A DNA stretch of 64,000 bases from Candidatus Versatilivorator sp. (GCA_965207735.1 OZ242296.1:2560001-2624000); one strand, 5' to 3'. Shown: positions 38,327-49,653, counted from the stretch's first letter. Translations and numbers: made by a program. The notes: a model not told the origin generated them from the sequence alone.

Positions 38327-38893
38327 ATGATCGCGCCTCCTGGTAAGAAATGCGGGGTCGCCGTCTGGTTGACGGGACTGCCGGCTTCAGGCAAGAGCAC
38401 TCTGGCACGTGAAGTGGAGCAGGCGCTCTACCAAAGGGGGATTCCCTGCTACGTTCTGGATGGAGACATTCTGCGGCAGGGCCTCAACAAGGATCTTGGC
38501 TTCAGCCCTGAAGATCGTCGAGAAAACATCCGGCGGGCCGGCGAGGTCGCCAGGGTGCTGGTGGATGCCGGCCTGTTGGTGATTGCGGCTTTCATTTCCC
38601 CCTATGCGGAGGACAGATCCCGCGTGAGAAGTCTTTTCGGAGAGGGCCGGTACTGCGAGGTCTTCGTGGACTGTCCCCCTGAAACCTGCGAGCAAAGGGA
38701 CCCCAAGGGACACTACCGCAAGGCTCGGATGGGCCACCTGAATTCCTTCACGGGAGTCAGCGCCCCCTACGAAGCTCCGGCCTCCGCAGATCTGGTGGTG
38801 CCCACGGGCAAGCTGACCGTCGCTGAATCAACGGGACGCCTCCTGGAGTTCATTCTGGAAAGATCCCAAATAGGGCAAACTGCTGGAGAGTGA
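38327..38893 (+). CDS. cysC: Adenylyl-sulfate kinase
   Basis: WLTGLPASGKST, LDGDILRQGLNKDLGFS, RDPKGHY and FTGVSAPYEAP motifs. Confidence 0.95.
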   Translation: MIAPPGKKCGVAVWLTGLPASGKSTLAREVEQALYQRGIPCYVLDGDILRQGLNKDLGFSPEDRRENIRRAGEVARVLVDAGLLVIAAFISPYAEDRSRVRSLFGEGRYCEVFVDCPPETCEQRDPKGHYRKARMGHLNSFTGVSAPYEAPASADLVVPTGKLTVAESTGRLLEFILERSQIGQTAGE

Positions 38894-39026
38894 GGGTGAC
38901 GGCCACCGCCGCCTGGTGGCTTATTGGGACCCCTGGCCGGTGCCTCGGGGGATGATCATTCAAAAATCCTTTCCCCTGGCAAAGTCTTGGTCTTGGGGAG
39001 AAATTCAGTCAATCCCGCTTCCTGTC

Positions 39027-39872
39027 TTGATAGAAACCGACTTCACCCTGATCCACGCCAACCGATTGAAGGTCCGATGCACCCTCCGCATTCCCGACGG
39101 CAAGGGGACTGTCAGTCCGGTGCTTGTGGCCCACGGTTTCCTGGGATTCAAGGACTGGGGATTCTTTCCCTACCTGGGCCGGCGACTGAGCGAAGCCGGA
39201 TTTGCCGCAATCACCTTCAACCATGCCCTTTCGGGAATCGACCACAATCCCTGGAAGATTGACGACCCGGAGGGATTTTCCAGAAATTCAACCACCCAGG
39301 AGTTGCGGGACTGGGACCTGGTGATGGATGCCCTGTTGCTGGGGAACCTGCCGCTGGCGGACAGAATGCGCCTCAACGCCGTTGGAGCGGTTGGACACAG
39401 CCGGGGGGGAAGCTACGCCATTCTCCTTTCCCGCCAAGTGCCGCAGATAGCATCGATCGTCACTTGGGGAGCCATCGGCACCTTTGACCGATTCGACGCC
39501 GATACCCGCCGTCGTTGGCGAAACCAGGGATATCTGAAGGTCCCCAGGGAGGAGCACGATACACCCCTCAAGATGGCGATCGCCGCTCTAGATGCGCTGG
39601 AACGCAATGATCACCGCTTGGACGTGCTGAAAGCGGTGAGGGAGGCGACGATTCCCGTCATGATTCTGCACGGTCGCCAGGACCGCCGGGTACCGTTGTC
39701 GGAAGCTGAGCGCCTGTGGCAATGTGCCGATCCGCAACTCTGCCGTTTCCATGTCATCGAAAATGCCGGCCACACCTTTCAGACCCGTCATCCTCTGAAA
39801 ACTCCTTCACAGCCCCTCCTGGAAGCAGTTTCCAAGACCGTAGGCTGGTTCAGGAACACCCTGCCGGGCTAG
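39027..39872 (+). CDS. Alpha/beta hydrolase
   Basis: HGFLGFKDWGFFP, GHSRGG nucleophile elbow, ILHGRQD and AGHTF; start uncertain. Confidence 0.85.
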   Translation: MIETDFTLIHANRLKVRCTLRIPDGKGTVSPVLVAHGFLGFKDWGFFPYLGRRLSEAGFAAITFNHALSGIDHNPWKIDDPEGFSRNSTTQELRDWDLVMDALLLGNLPLADRMRLNAVGAVGHSRGGSYAILLSRQVPQIASIVTWGAIGTFDRFDADTRRRWRNQGYLKVPREEHDTPLKMAIAALDALERNDHRLDVLKAVREATIPVMILHGRQDRRVPLSEAERLWQCADPQLCRFHVIENAGHTFQTRHPLKTPSQPLLEAVSKTVGWFRNTLPG

Positions 39873-39892
39873 CCCGCATCAGCCCGCATTTC

Positions 39893-42352
39893 TCATCCGG
39901 TCAGAGCCCATCGGCAGACGTCGTCGAAGTGGTCGGCAAACCTCACGCACAGCCCCTTCCTCAAGTAGTCCGGAAGTTCCTCGTAGTCCTTGCGGTTGCC
40001 TTCGGGGAAAAGCAAGCCGACCAGGCCGGCCCGCCGCGCCGCAATCACCTTCTCCCTGACACCTCCGATGGGCAGTACCCGGCCGGTGAGTGTCAACTCT
40101 CCCGTCATGGCCAGGCCTTGCCCGACCGGCTTGCCCTGGATCAGGGAGACCAGGGCCGTGGCCATGGTGATTCCGGCGGAGGGGCCGTCCTTGGGAATAG
40201 CACCGGCCGGAACATGCAGGTGAACGAAGTGGCGGTCACAAAATTCGACATCGCGGGACAGCTTCGACATGCGGGACATGACGTAGGAGTAGGCAATTTC
40301 GGAACTCTCTACCATCACCTCTCCCAGTTGTCCCGTCTGCTTGAACCCCCTTCGATGGCTGGCCACAGCCGTCGCCTCCACCTGCAAGGTCACGCCACCC
40401 AGGCTGGTCCAGGCCAGGCCCGTCACCACCCCGGGGGCATGCGGTGCGAGTTCGTCCGCCCTGTGGATGGGTTTTCCCAGGTAAGCTTCGATATTCTTGG
40501 GGGTGACCACAATCTTTTTGCTGGAGTCCTGCGATAGCTCCAGCGCCGCCTTGCGTGCGATTTTCCTGATCAGATTCTCCAGGCTGCGGACCCCAGCCTC
40601 GCGAGCATAGCCATCGATCATGAAGGTGAGCGCCGCCTTGCGAATGCCGATCCGGGCCCGAGTCAAACCGTGGTTGCGGATCGACTTGGGAATGAGGAAG
40701 CGCCGCGCAATCTCCAATTTCTCTTCCAGGATGTACCCCGACAGCCGGATCGCTTCCATACGATCCAACAGTGGCAATGGAATCGTATCGGTTCGGTTGG
40801 CCGTCACAACAAACAGGACATTGGACAGATCGAAGGGAACGTCCAGATAGTGGTCTCGGAAACTGCCGTTCTGCTCGGGATCCAGAACTTCCAGCAGGGC
40901 CGAGGCGGGGTCACCGCGAAACGAAGCCCCGATCTTGTCGATTTCGTCCAGCATGATGACCGGGTTGGAGGTGCCGGCGGTCTTGAGGGCCTGGATGAAT
41001 TTCCCGGGCATCGCGCCGATATAGGTGCGCCGGTGCCCCTTGATTTCCGCCTCATCTCTCATGCCGCCCAAGGAAAAGCGATAGAAGCGGCGACCCAAGG
41101 CCGCCGCAATGCTCTTGCCTACGGAAGTCTTTCCCACCCCCGGAGGCCCTGCCAGGCAAATAATCGAACCCGAGATATCCCCTTTCATCTTGCCCACGGC
41201 TATGAATTCCAGGATTCGTTGCTTGACGTCCTCCAAACCATAATGGTCGCGGTCCAATACCCTTCGGGCCCGGCTCAGGTCATAGGAATCGCGACTGTAT
41301 TTCCCCCAGGGAAGCACCGTGAGCCACTCCAGATAGTTCCGGGTCACCGTATATTCCGGAGAGGTGGTCTCCAGTATTTTCAGCTTGCCCAGTTCATCTT
41401 CGATCACCCCCTGGACTTCGGGTGTCAGCTTCAGCGACTCCAGGCGCTCCTCGAACTTTTCGATCTCGGTAGTTTTTCCTTCCTTCTCCAGACCCAATTC
41501 TCTCTTGATCGCCTTGAGTTGCTCCTTGAGAAAAAACTCCCTTTGCTGAGTGGAAATCTTCTCCTCGATTTGCGTGGTGATCTTCTTTTGCAGCCTGGAG
41601 AGATCCAACTCTCTTCGCAGCAAGGTCAGCACCCGGTTGATCCGGTGACGAACATCGAACGTCTCCAGAATCTTCTGCAGTTCCCAACCCTCGGCCGTTG
41701 TCAGATGGGCCGCAAAGTCGGCCAATTTCCCCGGATCCTCCAAACTGGATCGGCTCAAGAACAGCTTGATGGCCTCGGATTGCAGCGGATCCAGCTTCAC
41801 CAGTTCCTTGAGACTGGAGATGATTGCCATTGAGTAGGCCTTGAGCTCGAGGTTGACCGAGAGTTCCGCGGCGTAGTGATATTCCACCCGGGCAAACAGG
41901 CCCGCTTCTCCCAAATCCATGGCTTGGACAGTGAAGCGTTCCAGGCAATTCACCAGCACATGGGTGATGTCCGGCTCGACCTGGACGGCTTTGACGATCT
42001 TGGCCGCCACCCCGACCTGAAAGAGATTTTCCGGACTTTCCTCGGCCTCCGAGTCTTTGAAAAGCACCAGACCCAAAGTCTGGTCGGAGGAATCCGCCGC
42101 CCGCTTTAACGCAGCCAGCGGCAACTTTCCCGTGACTTCCAGTGGAACCGGCAGTCCCGGGAAAAACGGCCGCGGCCTCACCGCCAGGATCGGGATCCTG
42201 GCAGGCAAGAGTTTGGTGGCCAGCACCAATCCGGAATCCTCTTGCCCGGATGGCCCGGAGTCGGTCCCTTTTTCCGAATCGAGGTTTCTGTCGGAGTGAT
42301 TGCCGTTGGCAAGGGTGTCCTCGGTATCGGATTTTGGCTTCCCGTCGCTCAT
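39893..42352 (-). CDS. lon: ATP-dependent Lon protease
   Basis: [23 protein letters not shown] and LPIGGVREK motifs. Confidence 0.97.
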   Translation of the reverse strand: MSDGKPKSDTEDTLANGNHSDRNLDSEKGTDSGPSGQEDSGLVLATKLLPARIPILAVRPRPFFPGLPVPLEVTGKLPLAALKRAADSSDQTLGLVLFKDSEAEESPENLFQVGVAAKIVKAVQVEPDITHVLVNCLERFTVQAMDLGEAGLFARVEYHYAAELSVNLELKAYSMAIISSLKELVKLDPLQSEAIKLFLSRSSLEDPGKLADFAAHLTTAEGWELQKILETFDVRHRINRVLTLLRRELDLSRLQKKITTQIEEKISTQQREFFLKEQLKAIKRELGLEKEGKTTEIEKFEERLESLKLTPEVQGVIEDELGKLKILETTSPEYTVTRNYLEWLTVLPWGKYSRDSYDLSRARRVLDRDHYGLEDVKQRILEFIAVGKMKGDISGSIICLAGPPGVGKTSVGKSIAAALGRRFYRFSLGGMRDEAEIKGHRRTYIGAMPGKFIQALKTAGTSNPVIMLDEIDKIGASFRGDPASALLEVLDPEQNGSFRDHYLDVPFDLSNVLFVVTANRTDTIPLPLLDRMEAIRLSGYILEEKLEIARRFLIPKSIRNHGLTRARIGIRKAALTFMIDGYAREAGVRSLENLIRKIARKAALELSQDSSKKIVVTPKNIEAYLGKPIHRADELAPHAPGVVTGLAWTSLGGVTLQVEATAVASHRRGFKQTGQLGEVMVESSEIAYSYVMSRMSKLSRDVEFCDRHFVHLHVPAGAIPKDGPSAGITMATALVSLIQGKPVGQGLAMTGELTLTGRVLPIGGVREKVIAARRAGLVGLLFPEGNRKDYEELPDYLRKGLCVRFADHFDDVCRWALTG

Positions 42353-42396
42353 CAAGTTCCTCCGCAGGTCGGCTCTTGGACTTCCGGCGGCCCCAG

Positions 42397-42515
42397 CCCC
42401 CATTTCTCACCAGGTCGCTGGATCCATCTTAGCAAGAAGTCCTTGGCTGTCCGTTGCTTTTGTCCGCTATCTGTATTCGTGTATATTCGTGGTTCGCCTT
42501 CATTCGTCTTCATTA
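42397..42515. repeat. Intron-free MITE end (42397-42421) plus short-repeat module
   Basis: CCCCCATTTCTCACCAGGTCGCTGG equals the spliced exon junction of the intron with one mismatch; ATTCGTGTATATTCGTGGTTCG...TCTTCATT resembles the 74-bp module. Confidence 0.8.
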
Positions 42516-42618
42516 ACGATCGGCTGTTTCTGCTCTGAATGACCCGCAAGGCAGGTTGGGTGCCGGATCTGCCTCAGACAACAGCAACCGGGGCGGCAAT
42601 GCAGCACAACCCTCGCTC

Positions 42619-44163
42619 ATGATCACCGATCCCCCTTTGACCGCGGGGCCGGAATCGATGGTTCCGGCAGTCCTGGCGATCTCGGTAGCACTGATCACCC
42701 GGAAGATCTTTCTCGGACTTGGAATCGGTGTGATCGCGGGCGCTCTTGTGGCCCAGGGAGGAGACCCCGGCAGCTCCCTGGCAGCAATCTACCGCTATCT
42801 ATATTCCGCTGTCTTCGACCAGAGTCATTCCGCCATCGTAATCTTTTCTTTTCTGGTTGCCGCCACGGCCACCATGCTGACCGACAGTGGCGCCGTCACG
42901 GCCTTGATTCTTCGACTGGGAAGGCTGAGCAGCCGGCGCCGGAGTCTCATGGGGGCAAGCTGGTTGGCCGGATTGGTCGTCTTTTTTGACGACTATGCCA
43001 ACTGCCTGGTTGTCGGAAAGTCCTTTGCCCCGATTTTTGACCGCTGCAGGATTTCTCGTGAAAAACTGGCCTACATTGTCGATTCCACGGCCGCTCCCAT
43101 CGCCTCGATTGCGGTGATTTCCACCTGGATCGGCTTCGAGCTGGAACTCATCGGCAAGGCCCTGCAAGGCCTGCCTGCGCCCGACTCCGCATTCTCTGTC
43201 TTTCTACAGTCCATCCCCTACCGTTTTTACAGTATTTTCACCCTGGCCTTTGTCGCCTGCATTGCCTTTACCGGCAGAGATTTCGGGGCAATGGCCCGGG
43301 CGGAACTCAAGGCCGCCGGACGATCGCAACCCCAACCGGACCCGCAAGAGTCCGCTCCGGATCCCCGGTTGGCATGGCTGGCCTTGACGGCCATCGGCCT
43401 CCTTGTCCTGGCGACCCTGGTTACCCTCGTTCTTGGCGGATGGTCCAGTACGGTCGGCGCCGGCAAACCGATCACCGTTCTGGAGATCATCGGCAACTCG
43501 GATCCCTTTCAATCCATCCTGGTCGGCTCAGCCTCCGCCTTCGGTTTTACCGTTCTGGCCTTTCTCAAACTTGGAGCTCACTCGATGGGTTTCCTGTTGC
43601 GGTCCGTCGGCGCTGGTTTTCGTTCCATCCTGGGAGCACTGACTGTTCTCTATCTGGCCTGGACCCTGGGCAATGCACTGGAGGAAGCCGGAACGGCCAC
43701 CTACTTTTCCTCACTGATGCAGACCACCGTCCCGCCCTGGATCTTGCCCGGCCTTTCCTTTCTCCTGGCGGCGGGCACGAGCTTTTCCACGGGATCGTCA
43801 TTCGGAACCATGGGGATCCTGATCCCCATCATCCTTCCCCTGGCCGTCGCCCTGGGCACAGGCAGCGACGGAAGCATTCTCTACGCCGCGACCGGCTCCG
43901 TCCTGGCCGGCGCCTCCCTGGGCGACCACATATCACCCCTTTCCGACACTACAGTCCTGTCGGCTGCCGGGGCCGGGGTCGACGTCATCAGTCACACCCG
44001 AACCCAACTTCCCTATGCATGCACCGTGGGGACCGTGGCTCTGTTTTTGGGTTACCTGCCGGTGGGCCTGGGGATTTCCCCCTGGGTATTGCTTCCCTGC
44101 GGTATCGCCGTTTGCATGCTGGTCGTTCGATTCCTGGGCCGGCCGCTTACTTATGCGGGCTAA
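42619..44163 (+). CDS. NhaC-family Na+/H+ antiporter-like membrane protein
   Basis: FFDDYANCL, REKLAYIVDSTAAP, TGSSFGTMGI and GDHISPLSDTT motifs. Confidence 0.9.
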   Translation: MITDPPLTAGPESMVPAVLAISVALITRKIFLGLGIGVIAGALVAQGGDPGSSLAAIYRYLYSAVFDQSHSAIVIFSFLVAATATMLTDSGAVTALILRLGRLSSRRRSLMGASWLAGLVVFFDDYANCLVVGKSFAPIFDRCRISREKLAYIVDSTAAPIASIAVISTWIGFELELIGKALQGLPAPDSAFSVFLQSIPYRFYSIFTLAFVACIAFTGRDFGAMARAELKAAGRSQPQPDPQESAPDPRLAWLALTAIGLLVLATLVTLVLGGWSSTVGAGKPITVLEIIGNSDPFQSILVGSASAFGFTVLAFLKLGAHSMGFLLRSVGAGFRSILGALTVLYLAWTLGNALEEAGTATYFSSLMQTTVPPWILPGLSFLLAAGTSFSTGSSFGTMGILIPIILPLAVALGTGSDGSILYAATGSVLAGASLGDHISPLSDTTVLSAAGAGVDVISHTRTQLPYACTVGTVALFLGYLPVGLGISPWVLLPCGIAVCMLVVRFLGRPLTYAG

Positions 44164-46370
44164 ACCCGTTCCAGGCGTGCGTACTTGACCAGGAGCTTCT
44201 TCAGGCCGTGGCGGGGAAAGAGCACGGTGAGCTTGCAATCGTCGCCTTCGCCCTGGCAACGGACCACACTGCCGATGCCATAGGTGCGGTGCCGAACCCT
44301 GTGGCCCTGCTTGAAGCGGCCAACTTCAATTCCCGTCTTCCTGGGAGCCAGGTCGATGCGCTTCCCTCGCTGCTTGTAAAATTGCCGAATGCTGTCGGCA
44401 TCGTTATAGGTAGGTCCGTCAAAGCTTTTCCTGACAGACTTGGGGGCTCCCCAGGTTTTCTGCAGGAGATCGGAAGGGATCTCGGAGATGAAACAGGAGG
44501 GCGCAGTCCGGTTGAAACTCTCGCCCCCCAGGAAACGCCGAAACTTGGCCCGGGTCAACAGTAGCTTTCGGCGGGCCCGGGTCAGAGCGACATAACAGAG
44601 CCGGCGTTCTTCCTCGAGCCCTTCCTGATTAAGAAGCGAGCGGCTGTGGGGAAAGAGGTCCTCCTCCAGCCCGGCCAGGCAAACCAGCGGGAACTCCAAT
44701 CCCTTGGCGCTGTGAATGGTCATCAGCGTCACCGTGGCATCCTCATCGAAATCGTCCGTGTCTGAAACCAGGGCGGCATGATCCAGGAATTCCCGCAGAT
44801 TTTCACCCCGATTCTGGCTGTCCCGAGCGGCAATCACCAGTTCCTGCAGGTTCTCCAAGCGGGAGCGGGCCTCCTCCGTATCCTCGGCTTGAAGCCACTG
44901 CCGGTAACCGGACCGATCCAGGATGATCTGGATCAACTCCGACAGGGGCCTGGTCTCCAACTCGCTCCTGAATTGACGAATCTGCATGCAAAAAGGAGTC
45001 AAGGCCTTCAAGGCCCTGGCGGGCAGGGTTTTCTTTTCGACCGCTTGTTCCACCACCTCCCACAGAGAGAGATTCGAGTCCCGGGACTCCTTTTCCAGGG
45101 CGTCGACGGTCACCCTGCCGATGCCGCGCGGTGGAGTGTTGATCACCCGCAGCAGGCTGACGCGGTCGTGCGGATTCAGGGTCAAATTGAGGTAAGCCAG
45201 CAGATCCTTGATCTCCGCTCTCTCATAAAAGCTGAATCCCCCCACAATTGAATATTTAACACCGCAACGCCGGCAGGCCTCTTCGAAATAGCGCGACTGG
45301 AAGTTGGTCCGGTAGAGTACGCCCACCGGCTCATTGCGTTCGGAACGTTGGTGAGCAAGGATCTGTTGAACCACAAACAGCGCTTCGGCCTCCGGGTCCT
45401 CGGCTTCGTAATACCCGATCAGGGCTCCGGCAACCTGATCCGTCCAGAGCTTCTTTCCCTTGCGAGCCCGGTTGTGAGCGACCACTGCGCCGGCGGCGGC
45501 CAGAATGGTCTTGGTGGAACGGTAGTTCTGCTCCAGCTTGATCACCCGGCTCGCGGGATAGTCCTTCTCGAAGCTCAGGATGTTCTGGATGTCGGCTCCG
45601 CGCCAGCTATAGATGGACTGATCCTCATCTCCCACCACGCAGACATTCTGACGGGATTGGGTCAACAGCCGGATCAGTTCATATTGGGGCCGATTGGTGT
45701 CCTGGTACTCATCCACCATCAGGTAGGCGAAACGTTCATTGAGACCCAGCCTGACTGCTTCCTGGCTCCGCAGCAGCTCCACCGTCTTCAACAGCAGGTC
45801 ATCGAAGTCCAGCGCGTTGGCTTCCCGCAGCTTCTTCTGGTAGAGATCGAAGACCAGCGACAACCGCTCGCCCTTGGGATCGTAGGCCTGGGCATACAGT
45901 TCGCGGGGACTCCGGCCGCGGTTCTTGGACTCGGAAATCCGGGAAAGCGCCCACCGCGGTGAAAAAGCCTGGTCAGGCAACTCCAATTCCTTGAGGCAAT
46001 TCTTGATCAGAGTCAACTGGTCGGCCTGGTCGTAGATCGAAAAGTCGCTCCCATAGCCCAATGGGCCGATGTTCGGACGCAGGACCCGTACACAGAACGA
46101 GTGGAAGGTGGAGATGTGAGGGTCGGCCCCACGCCCGCGGCGCAACAGACCTCTAACGCGGACCTTCATCTGCTCCGCGGCCTTGTTGGTGAAGGTCACC
46201 GCCAGGATTCCATCGGCCCGGACCTGCTTGTTTTCGATCAGATGTGCAATTCGGTAGGTAATAACGCGTGTCTTGCCGCTCCCGGCTCCCGCCAGGATCA
46301 GCAAGGGGCCTTCGATCGTTTCGACAGCCCGCAACTGTTCAGGATTGAGTTGTGTTTCCAGTCGCAGCAT
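44160..46370 (-). CDS. pcrA: UvrD/PcrA superfamily I DNA helicase
   Basis: AGAGSGKT, VDEYQDTN, GDEDQSIY, LEQNYRST and HSAKGLEF motifs; C-terminal Tudor-like domain. Confidence 0.95.
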   Translation of the reverse strand: MLRLETQLNPEQLRAVETIEGPLLILAGAGSGKTRVITYRIAHLIENKQVRADGILAVTFTNKAAEQMKVRVRGLLRRGRGADPHISTFHSFCVRVLRPNIGPLGYGSDFSIYDQADQLTLIKNCLKELELPDQAFSPRWALSRISESKNRGRSPRELYAQAYDPKGERLSLVFDLYQKKLREANALDFDDLLLKTVELLRSQEAVRLGLNERFAYLMVDEYQDTNRPQYELIRLLTQSRQNVCVVGDEDQSIYSWRGADIQNILSFEKDYPASRVIKLEQNYRSTKTILAAAGAVVAHNRARKGKKLWTDQVAGALIGYYEAEDPEAEALFVVQQILAHQRSERNEPVGVLYRTNFQSRYFEEACRRCGVKYSIVGGFSFYERAEIKDLLAYLNLTLNPHDRVSLLRVINTPPRGIGRVTVDALEKESRDSNLSLWEVVEQAVEKKTLPARALKALTPFCMQIRQFRSELETRPLSELIQIILDRSGYRQWLQAEDTEEARSRLENLQELVIAARDSQNRGENLREFLDHAALVSDTDDFDEDATVTLMTIHSAKGLEFPLVCLAGLEEDLFPHSRSLLNQEGLEEERRLCYVALTRARRKLLLTRAKFRRFLGGESFNRTAPSCFISEIPSDLLQKTWGAPKSVRKSFDGPTYNDADSIRQFYKQRGKRIDLAPRKTGIEVGRFKQGHRVRHRTYGIGSVVRCQGEGDDCKLTVLFPRHGLKKLLVKYARLERV

Positions 46371-46507
46371 GGAGCAAGGGGATGGGAACCTGCAAAAAAC
46401 CGGGCAAAGGAGGGAGCGGAAGCCCAACCAGCAGGATCGGTTCCATTGTAGAAACCGGCCGGTGAAAAATCAATTTGGCATTGCCAACTGCCAACTGCCG
46501 ATGGGGA

Positions 46508-47965
46508 CTACCTTTGCCAGAAGGCAGGGGTAAATATGACGAGCACCGTGTAAAACTCCAGGCGCCCGGCCAGCATGCAAAAACTCAGAACCCACTTGGC
46601 GAACGCCGGCAACCCCCCATAACCCTCGACCGGCCCCACGTTCCCCAATCCGGGACCGATGTTGAACATGGCGGCGGCCACGGCGGCGATGCTGGTAAAG
46701 ACATCCACACCGGAGGCCGCCAGCAGGATGCAACCCAGGAAGTTGACCAAAAAGGAAAGATAGACCAGATTCAGAAGGCTGCGGACAGCCGTTTCCGGAA
46801 TAACCCCTTTGCCTACACGAACCGCGAACACGCCGCGGCGCTCGACCATGCGTTCGAATTCGCGAATCACCACCTTGTAGAGCAACACCATCCGAGAAGT
46901 CTTCAGTCCTCCTGAAGTCGATCCAGTGCATCCACCCATAAACATGAGCGCCAGCAGCATCAACTGCGGCAGGGGCAGCCACTGGGCAAAATTGTCCGTG
47001 GTAAAGCCGGTGGTGGTGGTGATGGCCGTCACCTGAAAAAGGGCTCTTCTGAAGGCCATTGCCGGAGCGTAACCACTCTTCAAGGCCAAAATGACAGCGA
47101 TCACAAGGCTGGACGAGACGACTATGAAAAGTAACGTCCTTAGCTCGAAATCGGAAATAAATCTCCCGGGACGACGTTCGACCCAAAGACGGTAGTGGAG
47201 AGTAAAGTTGATGCTCCCCAACAACATGAACACGACAATGATGTATTCAATCAGCGGACTGTCAAATGCCCCGACACTGGCGGTTCGGGTTGAAAACCCT
47301 CCCGTGGCCACTGTGGAGAAGGAATGGCACAAGGCGTCGAAAGAACCCATTCCCGCCCAGCGGAGCGCCAGGAACTCTGCCAGGGTCAGGAGAACATAGA
47401 TCTTCCAAAGCGCTTGGGCGGTATGAGCGATTCGCGGCTTGAGCTTTTCCGACCTGGCTCCTGAAAACTCGGCTCGGTACAACGTCATTCCACCCATACC
47501 GAGCAACGGCAGAATGGCAATCCCGAGCAGCACGATCCCCATGCCTCCCAGCCAGTGGGAAAAGCACCTCCAGAACTGCAGGTCCCGGGGAAGGCTCTCG
47601 ATGTCCCTGAGAATGGTGGCGCCACTCGCCGTAAACCCGGAGGTGGCTTCAAAGAAAGCGTCGGTGAAACTGGAGAAATAGGCAGGAGAGAAATAAAAGG
47701 GCAGAGCGCCGAAAACGCTCACCGCCAGCCAGACGCAAAAGACCAACAGCAGCCCCTCGCGTCTGTTCAAGTCCCTGGAGGGACGAGGAAGACCGAAGAA
47801 GAGGGCGCTGCCGATTCCGGCAGTGACCACGGCGGCATAGGCCAGCGGAGCCGGACCGCCATGACTCCAAAGGCTGAAAGCCAGAGGAACCAGGAGGGTG
47901 CCACTGAGAGCCAGCAGGAACTGACCCAGGATATAACCGAGGGCAGCGGGCCGTATCACACCCAT
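46508..47965 (-). CDS. trkH: Trk potassium uptake membrane protein
   Basis: FFEATSGFT, WLGGMG, TVATGGFS, GGCTGSTSGGLK and NIGPG motifs. Confidence 0.95.
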   Translation of the reverse strand: MGVIRPAALGYILGQFLLALSGTLLVPLAFSLWSHGGPAPLAYAAVVTAGIGSALFFGLPRPSRDLNRREGLLLVFCVWLAVSVFGALPFYFSPAYFSSFTDAFFEATSGFTASGATILRDIESLPRDLQFWRCFSHWLGGMGIVLLGIAILPLLGMGGMTLYRAEFSGARSEKLKPRIAHTAQALWKIYVLLTLAEFLALRWAGMGSFDALCHSFSTVATGGFSTRTASVGAFDSPLIEYIIVVFMLLGSINFTLHYRLWVERRPGRFISDFELRTLLFIVVSSSLVIAVILALKSGYAPAMAFRRALFQVTAITTTTGFTTDNFAQWLPLPQLMLLALMFMGGCTGSTSGGLKTSRMVLLYKVVIREFERMVERRGVFAVRVGKGVIPETAVRSLLNLVYLSFLVNFLGCILLAASGVDVFTSIAAVAAAMFNIGPGLGNVGPVEGYGGLPAFAKWVLSFCMLAGRLEFYTVLVIFTPAFWQR

Positions 47966-49332
47966 TCCCTTCGGGCGTCAGCCAGGAAGGCGGACTCAAG
48001 CAGCGGAACGGTACTCTCCAGGGTACAGAAGATGACCCGGTCTCCCGCCTGAATAGTGGCTTCGCCCCTTGGGACCACCACCTCACCGTTGGGCCGAGCG
48101 ATGGCGCCAACTATGGCGCCGCGGGGAAGGCGAACTTCTCGCAAGCTTCGGCCGACGTATTTGGAGCCCTCGGCCGCAATCAACTCGATCGCCTCGGCCT
48201 CCACCTCACGAAACGTGGTCACCGAGAGCACTCGACCCTTGCGCACAAACTGGAGGATTCGGTCGACCGCCGCCAGGCGAAGGCTGACGGTCGTATTGAT
48301 GCCTAGACGCTGCGCCATGGGGAGGTAGTTCAGCCGATTGATGAGGGCTACCACCTTTTTTGCACCCAGCTTTCGAGCCAGCAGGGAAGCAATGAGGTTG
48401 TCCTCGTCATCGTCGGTCATGGCCAGGAACGCTCCCGCGCCCTTGATGTTTTCTTCCGCCAGGATCGATTCGTCGGTACCGTCCGCGTGGAGGACAACCG
48501 TCTTGCGAAGAATCTGAGAAATCCTTTCGCAGCGGGCGATATCCCGCTCGAAAAGTTTTACCGACACGCCCCGGGGTTCCAACAACTCGGCCACCCGGAT
48601 ACCTACCTGCTTGCCACCCACGATGTAGACCCGATCCAGGGACTCCTGGGTTTGGAGCCCCATGAACTGACACACGGGCTCCAGTTCGTCGGCCGTGGTA
48701 ACAATGTAGACATGGTCCCCAGGCTTCAGAACTTCGGCTCCATGGGGGACAATGACCTGCTGCCCTCGGAAGATCAGGGCGATGAGAGAATTCTTGGGCG
48801 GCCCCGCGCGATCCAGGTCCTCAACCGTCTTGTGGGCGACCCAGCTCTTCTCCTCGATATTCATTCCAAAGAGCTTTACCCGACCCTCGGCAAAGTCGAT
48901 CACGTCGGAGACGCCGGGCAAGCGCACCACTCGCAGGATGCGATCGGCAATCTCGGTTTCCGGGTGAATGATCAGGTCGATGTGTAGTCCAGCTCTCTGG
49001 AGTATTCTCCTCCAGTAGTTGACTTCGTGGGTACGGAGCCGCGCCACCTTGAACTTCACGTCCGACTCCACCGAAGCAATCAGACAAACCAGGACATTGA
49101 TCTGATCCTGACTGGTCAGTGCAATCAGCATATCGGCGTTGCGAATATCCGCCTCGTGCAGAGCGCGAATGCTGGCGGCATTGCCATGAATCACCTTGGC
49201 GTCCAGCGTTTCCTCCAGTTGGTGGCAGCGGTCGAGGTTCTGCTCAACCAGCACCACCTCGTTACCCTCGCGAATCAAGCGCGTGGCAACGAGCGAAGCG
49301 GCCTGTCCGCCGCCGGCAATCAGGATTCTCAT
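47956..49332 (-). CDS. trkA: Trk potassium uptake NAD-binding protein
   Basis: Two RCK N/C pairs, 458 aa, adjacent to trkH. Confidence 0.95.
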   Translation of the reverse strand: MRILIAGGGQAASLVATRLIREGNEVVLVEQNLDRCHQLEETLDAKVIHGNAASIRALHEADIRNADMLIALTSQDQINVLVCLIASVESDVKFKVARLRTHEVNYWRRILQRAGLHIDLIIHPETEIADRILRVVRLPGVSDVIDFAEGRVKLFGMNIEEKSWVAHKTVEDLDRAGPPKNSLIALIFRGQQVIVPHGAEVLKPGDHVYIVTTADELEPVCQFMGLQTQESLDRVYIVGGKQVGIRVAELLEPRGVSVKLFERDIARCERISQILRKTVVLHADGTDESILAEENIKGAGAFLAMTDDDEDNLIASLLARKLGAKKVVALINRLNYLPMAQRLGINTTVSLRLAAVDRILQFVRKGRVLSVTTFREVEAEAIELIAAEGSKYVGRSLREVRLPRGAIVGAIARPNGEVVVPRGEATIQAGDRVIFCTLESTVPLLESAFLADARREWV

Positions 49333-49653
49333 GGCCTTGGAAAGTGTCTTTGAAGGACAACCAGCAACGAGAAGTCTCTCTGGCTGGAGTGGTACACGGC
49401 TTACCGATATTGGAAGGTGGTTCTACTGACTGAATATATATTGAGGAATGCCGGCGCGGAATGTCAAGGACTGTCGGCCGAAGCCAATCGGGCGATTTCC
49501 AATGGCTTGCACTCACGGGTTGCGCCCACGGTTAAATGCGGCAGCGGGAACTCTGCCGGGAATGGCCACAAAAGGCACAAGAAGAAAGGCAGACCATCAC
49601 GTTTGCCGGCAAAATGACATGCCCCGTTGCGAATCTTGCAAGAGGCTCGCGGG

